From assembly GCA_964631515.1 (NCBI GenBank), contig CAZVZT010000001.1:1-35149 (forward strand): DNA of 35,149 nt, read 5' to 3'. Of the stretch, positions 7,006 through 16,369 are shown one piece after another. This stretch comes from an uncultured Nitrospinaceae bacterium. GTDB taxonomy: Bacteria; Nitrospinota; Nitrospinia; Nitrospinales; VA-1. The notes beneath the pieces were generated by a model. The model saw nothing but the letters and a program-made list of their open reading frames with translations. It did not search any database and was not told where the DNA came from. The translations under genes and the position numbers were made by a program. Each line of letters opens with the position of its first letter. Within the stretch, counting starts at the first letter, position 1.

Positions 7006-9495
7006 ATGCCCGATGACAACCAAGTCAATATAACGATCGACGGTAAACCGGCAACGGTCCCAAAAGGTACGCTGCTTGTGGAGGCGGCTAATACGATCGG
7101 GGTCGAAATTCCGGTGTTCTGCTACCACGAGAAACTGGGTCCCTTCGGATGCTGTCGCATGTGCCTCGTGGAAGTGGAAAAGATGCCGAAACTGGCCACC
7201 GCCTGCACACAGACCGTGATGCCGGATATGGTGGTAAAAACCAATACCGATAAAGTCAAGAAGGCGCGGGAGGGAGTTCTCGAGTTCACCCTACTCAACC
7301 ACCCTCTAGATTGTCCGGTTTGTGACAAGGGCGGTGAGTGTCCGCTGCAGAATAATGCCTTTAAACACGGTTCAGGCGGAACGCGCATGGAGTTCGAACG
7401 TGCCCATAACGCCAAGGCGACACCGCTCAGCCCGGTCATCACTATCGACCGGGAACGTTGCATCGCCTGTCAGCGGTGCACACGGTACAGCGATATCATT
7501 GAGCAGGAGAGCGCGCTGGTGATGCTGAACCGCGGATTCAACAACGAAGTCGGCACGTTCAATAATGAACCGTACGTTACGAAGTATTCTGGCAACGTTA
7601 TCGACATCTGTCCGGTGGGTGCGCTGACCAACACGCAGTTCCGGTTTAAGGCGCGTACTTGGAACTTGAGCAATTCGGAAACGCTTTGCTCTCATTGTGG
7701 TTGCAATTGCAATATGGTTTTGGCTTCGCGGATGAACAAGTTTATGCGTATCGAAACACGTCCGAACGACTTGGTGGACGACGGGTGGATTTGCGATAAG
7801 GCGCGGTTCGGGTACGGCTTCATCGAAAGCAATAACCGGATCGACGAAGCCATCTGTCCGACTGATGGAGAACGGAAAGTTGTTGACTCTCTCGATGCGG
7901 CGGTTCGGGCGGCTCAGGCGCTGAAGAAGATTGCTGATGAAAATGGATCTGACAGCATCGGTTTTCTTGGTTCGCCTTACGGCACAAATGAAGAGTTATA
8001 TCTTTATCAAAAACTGTTTCGCTTGGGGCTTGGAACGAACAACCTGGACCATAAGGCCTATGCCGACACGCCAGGATTGCCGGTCGATCATCACGATTTC
8101 CCTGATATTGAAACGTCCAACCTTGTATTGTTGATCGCGAGTGATCCGGCTGAGGAATTACCGATTTTGGATCTTCGGATCAAAAAGGCGGTTACACGCC
8201 GGGGAGCGAAGCTGGTAGTCCTGAATGACCAGGCGACACCGCTGGACCGGTTTGCCGCGTTGTCTTTGCGGTACAACGTGGGTTCTGGCCAAACAGCGCT
8301 AGGCGCGCTGGCCAACGGACTCGCTGCGGACCTGGGAGTGTCTTCCGTGCCGAGTGAAAAGGATTACGAGGCGATCACCGGTATTACTGCAGCCCAAATG
8401 AAATCGGTGGTGGATTTGGTCCGCGCCGGGGTGAAGGTGAGCATCGTTTATAATCCGGCGGCCCTTTCAGGAGATTCGATTCATATGCTTAAGCACCTGT
8501 TGGCGGTCATCGGTAAAATTCCGGCGATCGAGTGCGGCGCGATTCCGGCGGCGCCTTTCACCAATGCGCTCGGTGCGATGGATATGGGTATTCTTCCGGA
8601 CTTCTACCCAGGGGGAGTGTCTCTTGCCAATACGGAAAAAATTCAACAGGCTTGGGGTGAAAACGCCCCGCTTGTGAAGGGGTTCTCAGCGTTGGAGATG
8701 ATCGATAAAGCCGCTCAGGGGAAACTTAAGGCTCTCCTAGTATATCGTTGCAATCCGGTGGTTGATTTTCCCGGTGGGAAAAAGATCGAGGATGCACTTA
8801 AAAAACTAGATTTGCTTGTGGTCCATGACATGATGAACACGGAAACATCACGCTTAGCGAATATCACTCTTCCTTCTAACGGACCGGGATATGACGAGGG
8901 CACGACCACGAACGTGGGCGGGCGCGTTCAGTACCGCAAACGGGGATTGAATACTAAGAGCCCACCCGACTGGAAAGTCGTTTCGAAAATGATAAGCGCT
9001 TTGAGCGAGGAGCCGGCGGAATATGCTACTTCGTTTGGGGTGACGGATGAACTTGCGGACAAGGTTCCCGGTTACGGGGACATCAACAAAAAGTCTATCG
9101 AAAAGGAAGGGAAAAACCGGGAACAGGTAGCGCCTACCAATGGGTTGGTCGCGCAGGTCGAGAAGCCTTCAGCCGGTGAGAAAGGAACGTTGAAGTTGCG
9201 CATTTCCACCTGCCTGTTTGCCAATGACAAGATTCTGGAGGAGCCGTGTGCTCTGGCCCATCAGTTCAAGTCGCCGATTGTGCATTTGCACGAGACCGAC
9301 GCGGCGGAACTGGATCTGGCCGAGGGAGACGAAGCGGTGCTCGCTGCCAACGGAACCGAAGTGCGGGCGATTGTTGAGGTGTCCAACCGGTGCAATCCGG
9401 GGGCTATGGTGGTGCCTCGTGTTTCGGATGAACAGGGTGTGCTGGGCTTGACAGGAAGCGGATCAGTTAACTGGGTCGAAGTACGGAAGGGATAG
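7006..9495 (+). CDS. nuoG: NADH-quinone oxidoreductase subunit G
   Basis: 829 aa. N-terminal Fe-S motifs are CYHEKLGPFGCCRMC, HPLDCPVCDKGGEC and CIACQRCTRY. CSHCGCNC...WICDK looks like an N7-type cluster, followed by a molybdopterin-oxidoreductase-like body. Confidence 0.95.
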   Translation: MPDDNQVNITIDGKPATVPKGTLLVEAANTIGVEIPVFCYHEKLGPFGCCRMCLVEVEKMPKLATACTQTVMPDMVVKTNTDKVKKAREGVLEFTLLNHPLDCPVCDKGGECPLQNNAFKHGSGGTRMEFERAHNAKATPLSPVITIDRERCIACQRCTRYSDIIEQESALVMLNRGFNNEVGTFNNEPYVTKYSGNVIDICPVGALTNTQFRFKARTWNLSNSETLCSHCGCNCNMVLASRMNKFMRIETRPNDLVDDGWICDKARFGYGFIESNNRIDEAICPTDGERKVVDSLDAAVRAAQALKKIADENGSDSIGFLGSPYGTNEELYLYQKLFRLGLGTNNLDHKAYADTPGLPVDHHDFPDIETSNLVLLIASDPAEELPILDLRIKKAVTRRGAKLVVLNDQATPLDRFAALSLRYNVGSGQTALGALANGLAADLGVSSVPSEKDYEAITGITAAQMKSVVDLVRAGVKVSIVYNPAALSGDSIHMLKHLLAVIGKIPAIECGAIPAAPFTNALGAMDMGILPDFYPGGVSLANTEKIQQAWGENAPLVKGFSALEMIDKAAQGKLKALLVYRCNPVVDFPGGKKIEDALKKLDLLVVHDMMNTETSRLANITLPSNGPGYDEGTTTNVGGRVQYRKRGLNTKSPPDWKVVSKMISALSEEPAEYATSFGVTDELADKVPGYGDINKKSIEKEGKNREQVAPTNGLVAQVEKPSAGEKGTLKLRISTCLFANDKILEEPCALAHQFKSPIVHLHETDAAELDLAEGDEAVLAANGTEVRAIVEVSNRCNPGAMVVPRVSDEQGVLGLTGSGSVNWVEVRKG

Positions 9496-9514
9496 TTCTT
9501 TCAAGGGAAGCCTT

Positions 9515-10528
9515 ATGATCGACGATACCATTGAATTTCTTGAACCCTACACCTATCTGATTGTTGGGAGTATCAAGGCTCTCGTGATTGCTGGGGCTTT
9601 AATGGGAGTGGTGCCGGCGTTGGTTTGGCTGGAGCGTCGGCTGATGGGGCGGTTCCAGGTCCGCCTTGGGCCCAATCGGGTAGGACCTTTTGGTTTAGGC
9701 CAGCCGATTTCCGATTCGATTAAACTTTTATTCAAGGAATCGATCATTCAGAGTTCGGCAGATAAATTTCTATTTCACCTGGCACCAGCCATTGTTGTGT
9801 TTACTTCGATTGTGACGTTTGCAGTGATCCCATTTGGCGAACCCATAACGATTTTTGGGCAGAAAATTGGATTGTTGGTTGCCGACGTGAACATCGGGCT
9901 CCTGTTTGTGTTTGCCATCTCGGGCATGGGGATTTACGGTATTGTTCTTGCGGGGTTTTCCTCTAATAACAAATACTCGCTGATGGGGGGGCTCAGGTCC
10001 TCAGCCCAGATGATTAGTTACGAACTGACGCTGGGACTTGCGGCCGTGAGTGTGATTGCGATTACCGGTTCGCTGAGTTTGACTGATATGGTGAAAGGCC
10101 AGGAAGTGATTCCCAATATACTGATTCAGCCTCTGGCATTCTTGCTCTTTTTTACTGCAGGGGTGGCCGAGACCAACCGAGCACCATTTGACTTACCTGA
10201 AGCTGAACAGGAGTTAGTTGCCGGGTTCCATACCGAATATTCCGGGATGAAATTCGCAATGTTTTTTATGGGAGAGTATATCAACATGGTGACTATGAGC
10301 GCTTTGATCACCCTGTTGTTTCTAGGGGGGTGGAACGCCTATGGCCTCCCGCTTTGGCCGATTCTCGCGTTTGCGGGTAAAGTCGCAGTTCTGCTTTGTG
10401 TTTTTATCTGGCTGCGCTCGACTTACCCGCGCATTCGTTATGATCGGCTGATGACGTTCGGGTGGAAATTTCTCTTTCCACTGTCTCTGTTTAACCTTCT
10501 GGTCACGAGTGTATTTGTGGTCCTGTGA
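9515..10528 (+). CDS. nuoH: NADH-quinone oxidoreductase subunit H
   Basis: 337 aa, polytopic, with the motif ETNRAPFDLPEAEQELVAGFHTEYSG. Confidence 0.95.
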   Translation: MIDDTIEFLEPYTYLIVGSIKALVIAGALMGVVPALVWLERRLMGRFQVRLGPNRVGPFGLGQPISDSIKLLFKESIIQSSADKFLFHLAPAIVVFTSIVTFAVIPFGEPITIFGQKIGLLVADVNIGLLFVFAISGMGIYGIVLAGFSSNNKYSLMGGLRSSAQMISYELTLGLAAVSVIAITGSLSLTDMVKGQEVIPNILIQPLAFLLFFTAGVAETNRAPFDLPEAEQELVAGFHTEYSGMKFAMFFMGEYINMVTMSALITLLFLGGWNAYGLPLWPILAFAGKVAVLLCVFIWLRSTYPRIRYDRLMTFGWKFLFPLSLFNLLVTSVFVVL

Positions 10529-11031
10529 TCTTGGGTGAAATTATGATTGGAAGAACCTTTAACGGTATAAAAAATTTATTAATCGGTTTGGGGGTGACTT
10601 TCAAGAACATGATCTCCAAGCCGGTTACGATCTGTTACCCGGAAGTTAAGCGGGTCATGCCGGCACGTTATCGCGGACGTCATTTTCTGAACCGCGACGA
10701 AAATGGTCTGGAGCGTTGCGTGGGTTGTAGCCTGTGTTCGGTCAATTGTCCGGTTGGATGTATTCATGTGGTCGCAGCAGAAAATGATCCGACTAATCCG
10801 GTTTCTCTGGGCGAACGATACGCGGAAGTATACGAAATTAATCTACTGCGGTGTATCTACTGCGGCTATTGCGAAGAGGCTTGCCCAGTTGATGCGGTGG
10901 TGTTGCGTGAACATTACGAACTGGCCGATTACGATCGCGATAATTATATTGCGATCAAGGAAGATCTGCTGGTTTATCCCGAACCGAATGAGTTTCGGGT
11001 CAATGTGCTGGGCAACACGACCCGCGTTTAA
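10525..11031 (+). CDS. nuoI: NADH-quinone oxidoreductase subunit I
   Basis: Two 4Fe-4S ferredoxin motifs, CVGCSLCSVNCP and CIYCGYCEEACP. GTG 10525 overlaps the nuoH stop; ATG 10543 is an alternative start. Confidence 0.9.
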   Translation: MILGEIMIGRTFNGIKNLLIGLGVTFKNMISKPVTICYPEVKRVMPARYRGRHFLNRDENGLERCVGCSLCSVNCPVGCIHVVAAENDPTNPVSLGERYAEVYEINLLRCIYCGYCEEACPVDAVVLREHYELADYDRDNYIAIKEDLLVYPEPNEFRVNVLGNTTRV

Positions 11032-11056
11032 AGGAAACGTAATTTGTGGATCCCTC

Positions 11057-11102
11057 TCCCCGCGGGGAAGGGAAAGCTTTCCGCTGAACCGGGATGCCGG
11101 TT
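11057..11102 (+). repeat. Three consecutive short inverted repeats in the nuoI-nuoJ spacer
   Basis: tccccgcgggga (11057-11068, perfect 12-nt palindrome). ggaaagctttcc (11071-11082, perfect 12-nt palindrome). aaccgg-gatg-ccggtt (11087-11102, 6-bp stem). Confidence 0.5.
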
Positions 11103-11127
11103 GATGTTGGATACCTGAGAGGAGGGT

Positions 11128-11685
11128 GTGTTGTTCGAATTCGACTTACTCGAATTAACGAGAGAGACCATTACTTTGGCGGTCGGGTTGACGGCAGTAT
11201 TGGCGAGTTTGGGGGTTATCCTGTGCTCGTCTCCCGTTTACTGTGCCCTGTACCTGATCGGCAACATGATTTGCCTTGCCCTCCTGTTTCTCCTGTATAA
11301 CGCCGAGTTTGTCGCTGCAGTGCAGATTATCGTCTATGCAGGCGCTGTGATGATCCTGTTTCTGTTTATTATTGCGCTGTTGGGTGGCAAAAAAGAAATC
11401 CAGGAATCTCCAGCTCAGCGGTCTATCGTTTTCGCTCTCATTATTACCATGCTTGGGGAGTTGTACCTCGCCGCCACAGTAGGACCTACCAAACCCCTTG
11501 AAGGCGTATTCGATTCCAAAACGGTGGCCGAGGTGGGTGGCAGCGCCAAAGCGATCGGGCTCGAATTATTCTCGCGGCACCTGATTCCGTTCGAATTGGT
11601 TTCAGGGCTGCTCCTTGTGGCGGCAGTCGGTGTTATTTGTTTGGCAAAATTTTCTTATGTACCTCTCCGGAGGCGAGTGAAATAA
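11128..11685 (+). CDS. nuoJ: NADH-quinone oxidoreductase subunit J
   Basis: 185 aa, hydrophobic. GTG start preceded by GAGGAGGG (11119-11126). Its position between nuoI and nuoK supports the call. Confidence 0.85.
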   Translation: MLFEFDLLELTRETITLAVGLTAVLASLGVILCSSPVYCALYLIGNMICLALLFLLYNAEFVAAVQIIVYAGAVMILFLFIIALLGGKKEIQESPAQRSIVFALIITMLGELYLAATVGPTKPLEGVFDSKTVAEVGGSAKAIGLELFSRHLIPFELVSGLLLVAAVGVICLAKFSYVPLRRRVK

Positions 11686-11687
11686 GC

Positions 11688-11987
11688 ATGGGGCACCAAT
11701 TTGTTCTTCTGATCAGCGCAACGATTTTTTGTATCGGTGCTGCCGGGTTTATCATCCGGAGGAATCCACTCGTCATGTTTATGTCCGTTGAGCTTATGCT
11801 CAACTCAGTGAACTTTCTTTTGGTGGGATATTCGAATTTCTTGAAATCTGTCGACGGACAGATTTTCGCCCTCATGATCATGGCCGTTGCAGCGGCTGAG
11901 GTGGTGGTGGGGCTCGCCATTATCCTCACTATTTTCCGGACGCGGCATGATATGGATGTAGATCATATTGACGTTTTGAAAGGATAA
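11688..11987 (+). CDS. nuoK: NADH-quinone oxidoreductase subunit K
   Basis: 99 aa, 3 TM, with the SVELMLNSVN motif. Track ORF 11637 was trimmed to ATG 11688, which lies 2 nt after the nuoJ stop. Confidence 0.9.
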   Translation: MGHQFVLLISATIFCIGAAGFIIRRNPLVMFMSVELMLNSVNFLLVGYSNFLKSVDGQIFALMIMAVAAAEVVVGLAIILTIFRTRHDMDVDHIDVLKG

Positions 11988-11992
11988 GACGG

Positions 11993-13855
11993 TTGTTTTC
12001 CTATTGTTGGATCATTTTATTCGCTCCGATTGCTGGTTTCACCATACTCAGTTGGTATGGGAACCGAATGTCTCGTGAACGGGTTGGGATGTTCGGTTGT
12101 GCCACGGTGGGACTGTCTTTTTTAGTAACACTGGTTGCCTTGAGCGAACTTTTGCTGGATGTGGAAAAGCAAAAGGGAGCCGTTTCCACCCTATATAACT
12201 GGGTGACAGCTGGTTCGTTCTCCCTCAACCTGTCCATTCTTATTGATCCACTTTCGGTATTTATGTTGCTCATCGTGACCGGAGTTGGATTTGTTATCCA
12301 TGTCTACTCCGTTGGATACATGCGGGAAGATCCCGAGTACAGCCGGTTCTTTGCCTACATGAACCTTTTTATTTTTTCGATGTCGGTTCTGGTGATGGCG
12401 GCCGATTTCTTTTTTCTAATCGTAGGCTGGGCACTAGTGGGGCTGGCTTCTTATCTGCTGATCGGGTTCTGGAAAGAAAAGACGAGTGCCGTATTGGCTG
12501 CCCGGAAAGCATTTGTCATGAACGTGATCGGCGACGTTGGTATGGTCATCGCTGCGTTTATGATATTCGATCACCTAGGGACTCTGAATTTTCTTGATGT
12601 ATTTGCTCTTGCGGAAGAGGCGTTTCGCCCGAACGATGACGCTATCTTACTGATCACTCTATTTCTGCTGGTGGGTGCTTTCGCCAAGTCGGCGCAGATA
12701 CCGCTTCACACTTGGCTGCCCGACGCGATGGAGGGGCCGACCCCGGTCAGCGCATTGATCCATGCGGCGACAATGGTCACCGCAGGGGTGTACTTGGTGG
12801 CGCGGTGCCATGTCCTTTACGAACTGGCTCCTTATACCATGTACCTCATTGCAACGGTGGGTGTGGTCACGGCTATATTCGCCGGTTCTATGGGTATGGT
12901 GCAATATGACATCAAGCGTGTCATCGCCTATTCCACCATGAGCCAGCTTGGCTATATGTTCCTCGCGGCGGGAGTAGGAATGTACAGCATCGCCATGTTT
13001 CACTTGATGACTCACGCGTTTTTCAAAGCGCTACTATTTTTAAGCGCTGGAAGCGTCATCCACGGGTCAAACGACGAACAAGATATTCGTCAAATGGGCG
13101 GATTACGTCAGGCCATGCCGATCACCCATATTACGTTTTTAATCGGATCCCTGGCCCTAGCTGGGTTCCCACTTACGAGCGGATTTTTTAGTAAAGAAGC
13201 GATCATAATTAACGCGTACCATTCCGATATGGGCAACATCGTGTTTTGGGCGATCGCCGTACTTGGTGCGGCTATGACTGGATTTTATATCTTCCGAGTC
13301 TATTTCTATACCTTCGTAGGGCAGCCACGGACATCCGTGCATGCGCATGAGAGTCCACGCATCATGACTGCACCGTTGGTGTTGCTAGCCTTCTTTTCGT
13401 TGACGGTGGGATTCGGCGGCCACATGGTGGACGATTTCCTTGCGACCTATTTCGGAATGCACATGCCGCATCCAGACGATCCAGTCTTCGAAACGATTGG
13501 GGTTGGGGCCGGGTTGGTTGGCATTGCTGCGGCAATCATCTTTTACATGACAGGAAAGGACCGGTTGGAGTTTATTAAGCGGATGCTGGCTCCGATTTAT
13601 GATCTTTTGTTCCATAAATATTATATTGACGAAATCTACGATTATTTAATTGTGAAGCCCACCCGTGCCACTGGTGCTTTCATGGAAGAGAAGGTCGAAA
13701 GAGACGGTATTGACATGGCTGTCGACCAAGTCGGCACACAAGTGCGCGAAGCAAGTCAGATCATCAGCTTGTGGCAGTCGGGCAAGGTGAGGGGCTATGC
13801 GTTCAATATGATCGTTGGGGTTGTGATCATCTTGATGTTTGTGGTGTTTCAATAA
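11993..13855 (+). CDS. nuoL: NADH-quinone oxidoreductase subunit L
   Basis: 620 aa with WLPDAMEGPTPVSALIHAATMV. A long C-terminal amphipathic segment precedes the last TM helix. TTG start. Confidence 0.9.
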   Translation: MFSYCWIILFAPIAGFTILSWYGNRMSRERVGMFGCATVGLSFLVTLVALSELLLDVEKQKGAVSTLYNWVTAGSFSLNLSILIDPLSVFMLLIVTGVGFVIHVYSVGYMREDPEYSRFFAYMNLFIFSMSVLVMAADFFFLIVGWALVGLASYLLIGFWKEKTSAVLAARKAFVMNVIGDVGMVIAAFMIFDHLGTLNFLDVFALAEEAFRPNDDAILLITLFLLVGAFAKSAQIPLHTWLPDAMEGPTPVSALIHAATMVTAGVYLVARCHVLYELAPYTMYLIATVGVVTAIFAGSMGMVQYDIKRVIAYSTMSQLGYMFLAAGVGMYSIAMFHLMTHAFFKALLFLSAGSVIHGSNDEQDIRQMGGLRQAMPITHITFLIGSLALAGFPLTSGFFSKEAIIINAYHSDMGNIVFWAIAVLGAAMTGFYIFRVYFYTFVGQPRTSVHAHESPRIMTAPLVLLAFFSLTVGFGGHMVDDFLATYFGMHMPHPDDPVFETIGVGAGLVGIAAAIIFYMTGKDRLEFIKRMLAPIYDLLFHKYYIDEIYDYLIVKPTRATGAFMEEKVERDGIDMAVDQVGTQVREASQIISLWQSGKVRGYAFNMIVGVVIILMFVVFQ

Positions 13856-13876
13856 GGTGACGGAAACGGTAATGAT

Positions 13877-15397
13877 ATGCTGACTCTTATAGTTTTAATT
13901 CCTCTGGTTGCGGCGCTCGGTCTCCTGTTCGTGAACAAGGAGGCTACCGGGGCCATTCGCAACTTATCTGTCGGTGCGTCGGGACTGAGTCTTCTGATTT
14001 CGTTGGCTCTTCTCCTGCGATTCGATACGGCTGATCCGGGAATGCAGTTTGTTACCACACTCGCCTGGGTTCCCAACCTCCACATCAATTACCAAGTGGG
14101 AGTTGACGGTATCAGCCTGTGGCTGGTTGTTTTAACGGCCTTCATTTCTTTCATTGCCGTTTATTTTTCGCTGGACCGCAAGGAAAGCCTCAGAAATTTT
14201 ATGGCACTCATGCTTGCACTTGAGGCCGGAACACTTGGCGTGTTCGTTGCTCTTGACATGGTTTTATTTTATGTTTTCTGGGAGTTGATGCTTGTTCCTA
14301 CTTATTTTCTTATCGGGATATGGGGAGAAGGGCGCCGGATTTACGCCACCACCAAGTTTGTTTTGTATACGTTGGTCGGTAGTTTGTTGATGTTGGTTGG
14401 TATCCTCTGGTTGAGCCTAATTCATTTTGAAGCCACGCACGAGCTTACTTTCGATATCCAGACCCTCGTTCACATGAAAATCGATCCAGCTGTGCAGTTC
14501 TGGCTGTTCTGGTTCTTTTTCTTGGCATTTGCTATCAAGGTCCCAATTTTTCCGCTGCACAGCTGGTTGCCTCATGCTTACGTAGCGTGCCCCATCCCCG
14601 TGCTTCTTATTTTGACGGGCGCCATGTCTAAGACTGGTGCATACGCACTCATCCGTTTCTGCTTGCCGCTATTTCCCGATGCTGTGGAGAGTTTCGGACT
14701 GCTTATTGCCTGCGGGGCAGCGATAGGAATTGTCTACGGGGCCTGGATTGCCGTCGCACAACGTGATCTGAAGGCGCTTGTTGCATATTCTAGCATTAGC
14801 CATCTCGGGTTCATCGCTCTGGGTATTTTTGCTCTCAACGGTGAAGGGATCGGGGGGAGTGTATTGCAGATGGTCAACCACGGTATCATCGCGTCCGCCC
14901 TTTTTCTCATCGTCGCCATCCTCGAAAAGAAAATGGGTACACGTAATCTCGATGATTTTCGTGGGTTGAGTAAGGCGATGCCCGTACTGTACGGCATGTT
15001 TATGCTCATCACCCTGGCAGCGCTTGGACTTCCAGGGCTCAATGGGTTTGTCGGTGAGTTCCTCATTCTCATGGGTGTGTGGACTTCACATCTGCTGGCC
15101 GATCTCTCGACAACTTACGTTTTGATGGGCGGACTTGCCATCGTCTTTGCGTCAGTTTATATGCTCTACATGTTTCAGGGGGCGATGCAGGAAAAATCAG
15201 AAAAGCTTCCCGAAAACCTCACCGACATCAACCGCAGGGAATTCGGACTCCTCCTTCCCGCCTGTGTCTTGGTGGTTTTGATTGGGCTTTACCCAAAACC
15301 TTTTATCGATCGCGTTGCTCCTTCAGTCGAGTCGATGCTTACCGTCGAAAAGACCCTCAACCTCCACGCAGGCGAGGACAAAGGTGGGCATCACTAA
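13877..15397 (+). CDS. nuoM: NADH-quinone oxidoreductase subunit M
   Basis: 506 aa. NuoM hallmarks are YQVGVDGISLWLVVLT, FWELMLVPTYFLIGIWG, DLKALVAYSSISHLGF and GFVGEF. Confidence 0.85.
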   Translation: MLTLIVLIPLVAALGLLFVNKEATGAIRNLSVGASGLSLLISLALLLRFDTADPGMQFVTTLAWVPNLHINYQVGVDGISLWLVVLTAFISFIAVYFSLDRKESLRNFMALMLALEAGTLGVFVALDMVLFYVFWELMLVPTYFLIGIWGEGRRIYATTKFVLYTLVGSLLMLVGILWLSLIHFEATHELTFDIQTLVHMKIDPAVQFWLFWFFFLAFAIKVPIFPLHSWLPHAYVACPIPVLLILTGAMSKTGAYALIRFCLPLFPDAVESFGLLIACGAAIGIVYGAWIAVAQRDLKALVAYSSISHLGFIALGIFALNGEGIGGSVLQMVNHGIIASALFLIVAILEKKMGTRNLDDFRGLSKAMPVLYGMFMLITLAALGLPGLNGFVGEFLILMGVWTSHLLADLSTTYVLMGGLAIVFASVYMLYMFQGAMQEKSEKLPENLTDINRREFGLLLPACVLVVLIGLYPKPFIDRVAPSVESMLTVEKTLNLHAGEDKGGHH

Positions 15398-15443
15398 AGG
15401 TCCCCATCCTCGGATCCGCACGGTGTATTTTTTTATTTCCTAG

Positions 15444-16133
15444 ATGAGACTCGGCGAACGAATTGTTGATGGTATCTTTCTGGAGAGACCCAACCGGTAT
15501 CTAGCTCAAGTTGAAATCGACGGACGAAAACTTCTGGCTCACGTCCCCGACCCGGGTCGTCTCCCCGGTTTGATGATTCCCGGTCGCCGAGTACGCCTGG
15601 TGCACAATCCCAGTCCAAAAAGGAAAACGGATTACAGCTTGGTTCTCGTCCGTCACGGATCGATATGGGTGTCGGTGTATCCCGTATTTGCAAACAAGTT
15701 GGTGGAGCAGGCGCTGGCCGATCGTGCCCTCAGTGAACTGCAGGGCTACAGCGGGTTCAAACGGGAAGTGCGGTGTGGTAAAAGCCGGTTTGATTTTCAG
15801 GTGGACTTCCCCAAAACGCCCGCTTTTGTCGAGGTCAAGTCGGTTAGCTTTGTCGAGAAAGAGGTTGGAAGGTTCCCCGATGCGCCGACAGAGCGCGGAG
15901 TGAAACACCTGAAGGAACTGGTCGAATTGCGCAAGAAAGGTTGTCGTACCGTGGTCCTGTTTGTTTCCCCGCGGTCTGATACGCGGTTGGTGACCTCCAA
16001 CGACGAAATCGATCCTAGGTTTGGGGAATGGTTGCGCAAGGCAGGAAAATCCGGGGTGGAACTCTATGCTTATAATTGTAGGGTCACATCAACTTCTGTA
16101 TCGCTTCACCGCCCAGTTCCGGTGGCTATCTAA
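15444..16133 (+). CDS. sfsA: SfsA-family protein (sugar fermentation stimulation protein / nuclease-like)
   Basis: 229 aa. The N-terminus, GIFLERPNRYLAQVEIDGRKLLAHVPDPGRL, and the overall length match the SfsA family. It starts 46 nt after nuoM. Confidence 0.8.
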   Translation: MRLGERIVDGIFLERPNRYLAQVEIDGRKLLAHVPDPGRLPGLMIPGRRVRLVHNPSPKRKTDYSLVLVRHGSIWVSVYPVFANKLVEQALADRALSELQGYSGFKREVRCGKSRFDFQVDFPKTPAFVEVKSVSFVEKEVGRFPDAPTERGVKHLKELVELRKKGCRTVVLFVSPRSDTRLVTSNDEIDPRFGEWLRKAGKSGVELYAYNCRVTSTSVSLHRPVPVAI

Positions 16134-16250
16134 TTAAAAAAAATAGTGAAATAATCACCGAGGATCAAGGGACAGTTTGCCCCGAAGGTTTACAGCCTGC
16201 TGGCCGAGGCGAGCGTCATGGTCAGGGATGTCATGAAGAATGCACTCGTG

Positions 16251-16259
16251 TGGTAATAT
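16251..16259 (+). promoter_or_regulatory. Candidate extended -10 promoter element inside the sfsA-methyltransferase spacer
   Basis: TGgTAATAT (TG at 16251-16252, TAATAT at 16254-16259). No good -35 hexamer. Confidence 0.2.
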
Positions 16260-16322
16260 TGTATCCTGTTTTATCTGTTGAAAACTTCGGGTGTGAATGG
16301 AAGTGTGTACAAAAACAAGTTG

Positions 16323-16355
16323 CCGGGCTGGCATTTTATAGAGAGCCCGGTTTTT
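16323..16355 (+). terminator. Candidate rho-independent terminator just upstream of the methyltransferase start
   Basis: ccgggct (16323-16329) pairs with agcccgg (16344-16350), followed by TTTTT (16351-16355). The loop is long at 14 nt. Confidence 0.4.
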
Positions 16356-16369
16356 AACAGGATTCCCCT

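Noticed and set aside
15398-15443. T7 run after nuoM, considered as a rho-independent terminator.
   Set aside because: No stable hairpin precedes the T-run; only 3-4-bp pairings are possible. Termination between nuoM and sfsA therefore cannot be supported from sequence.
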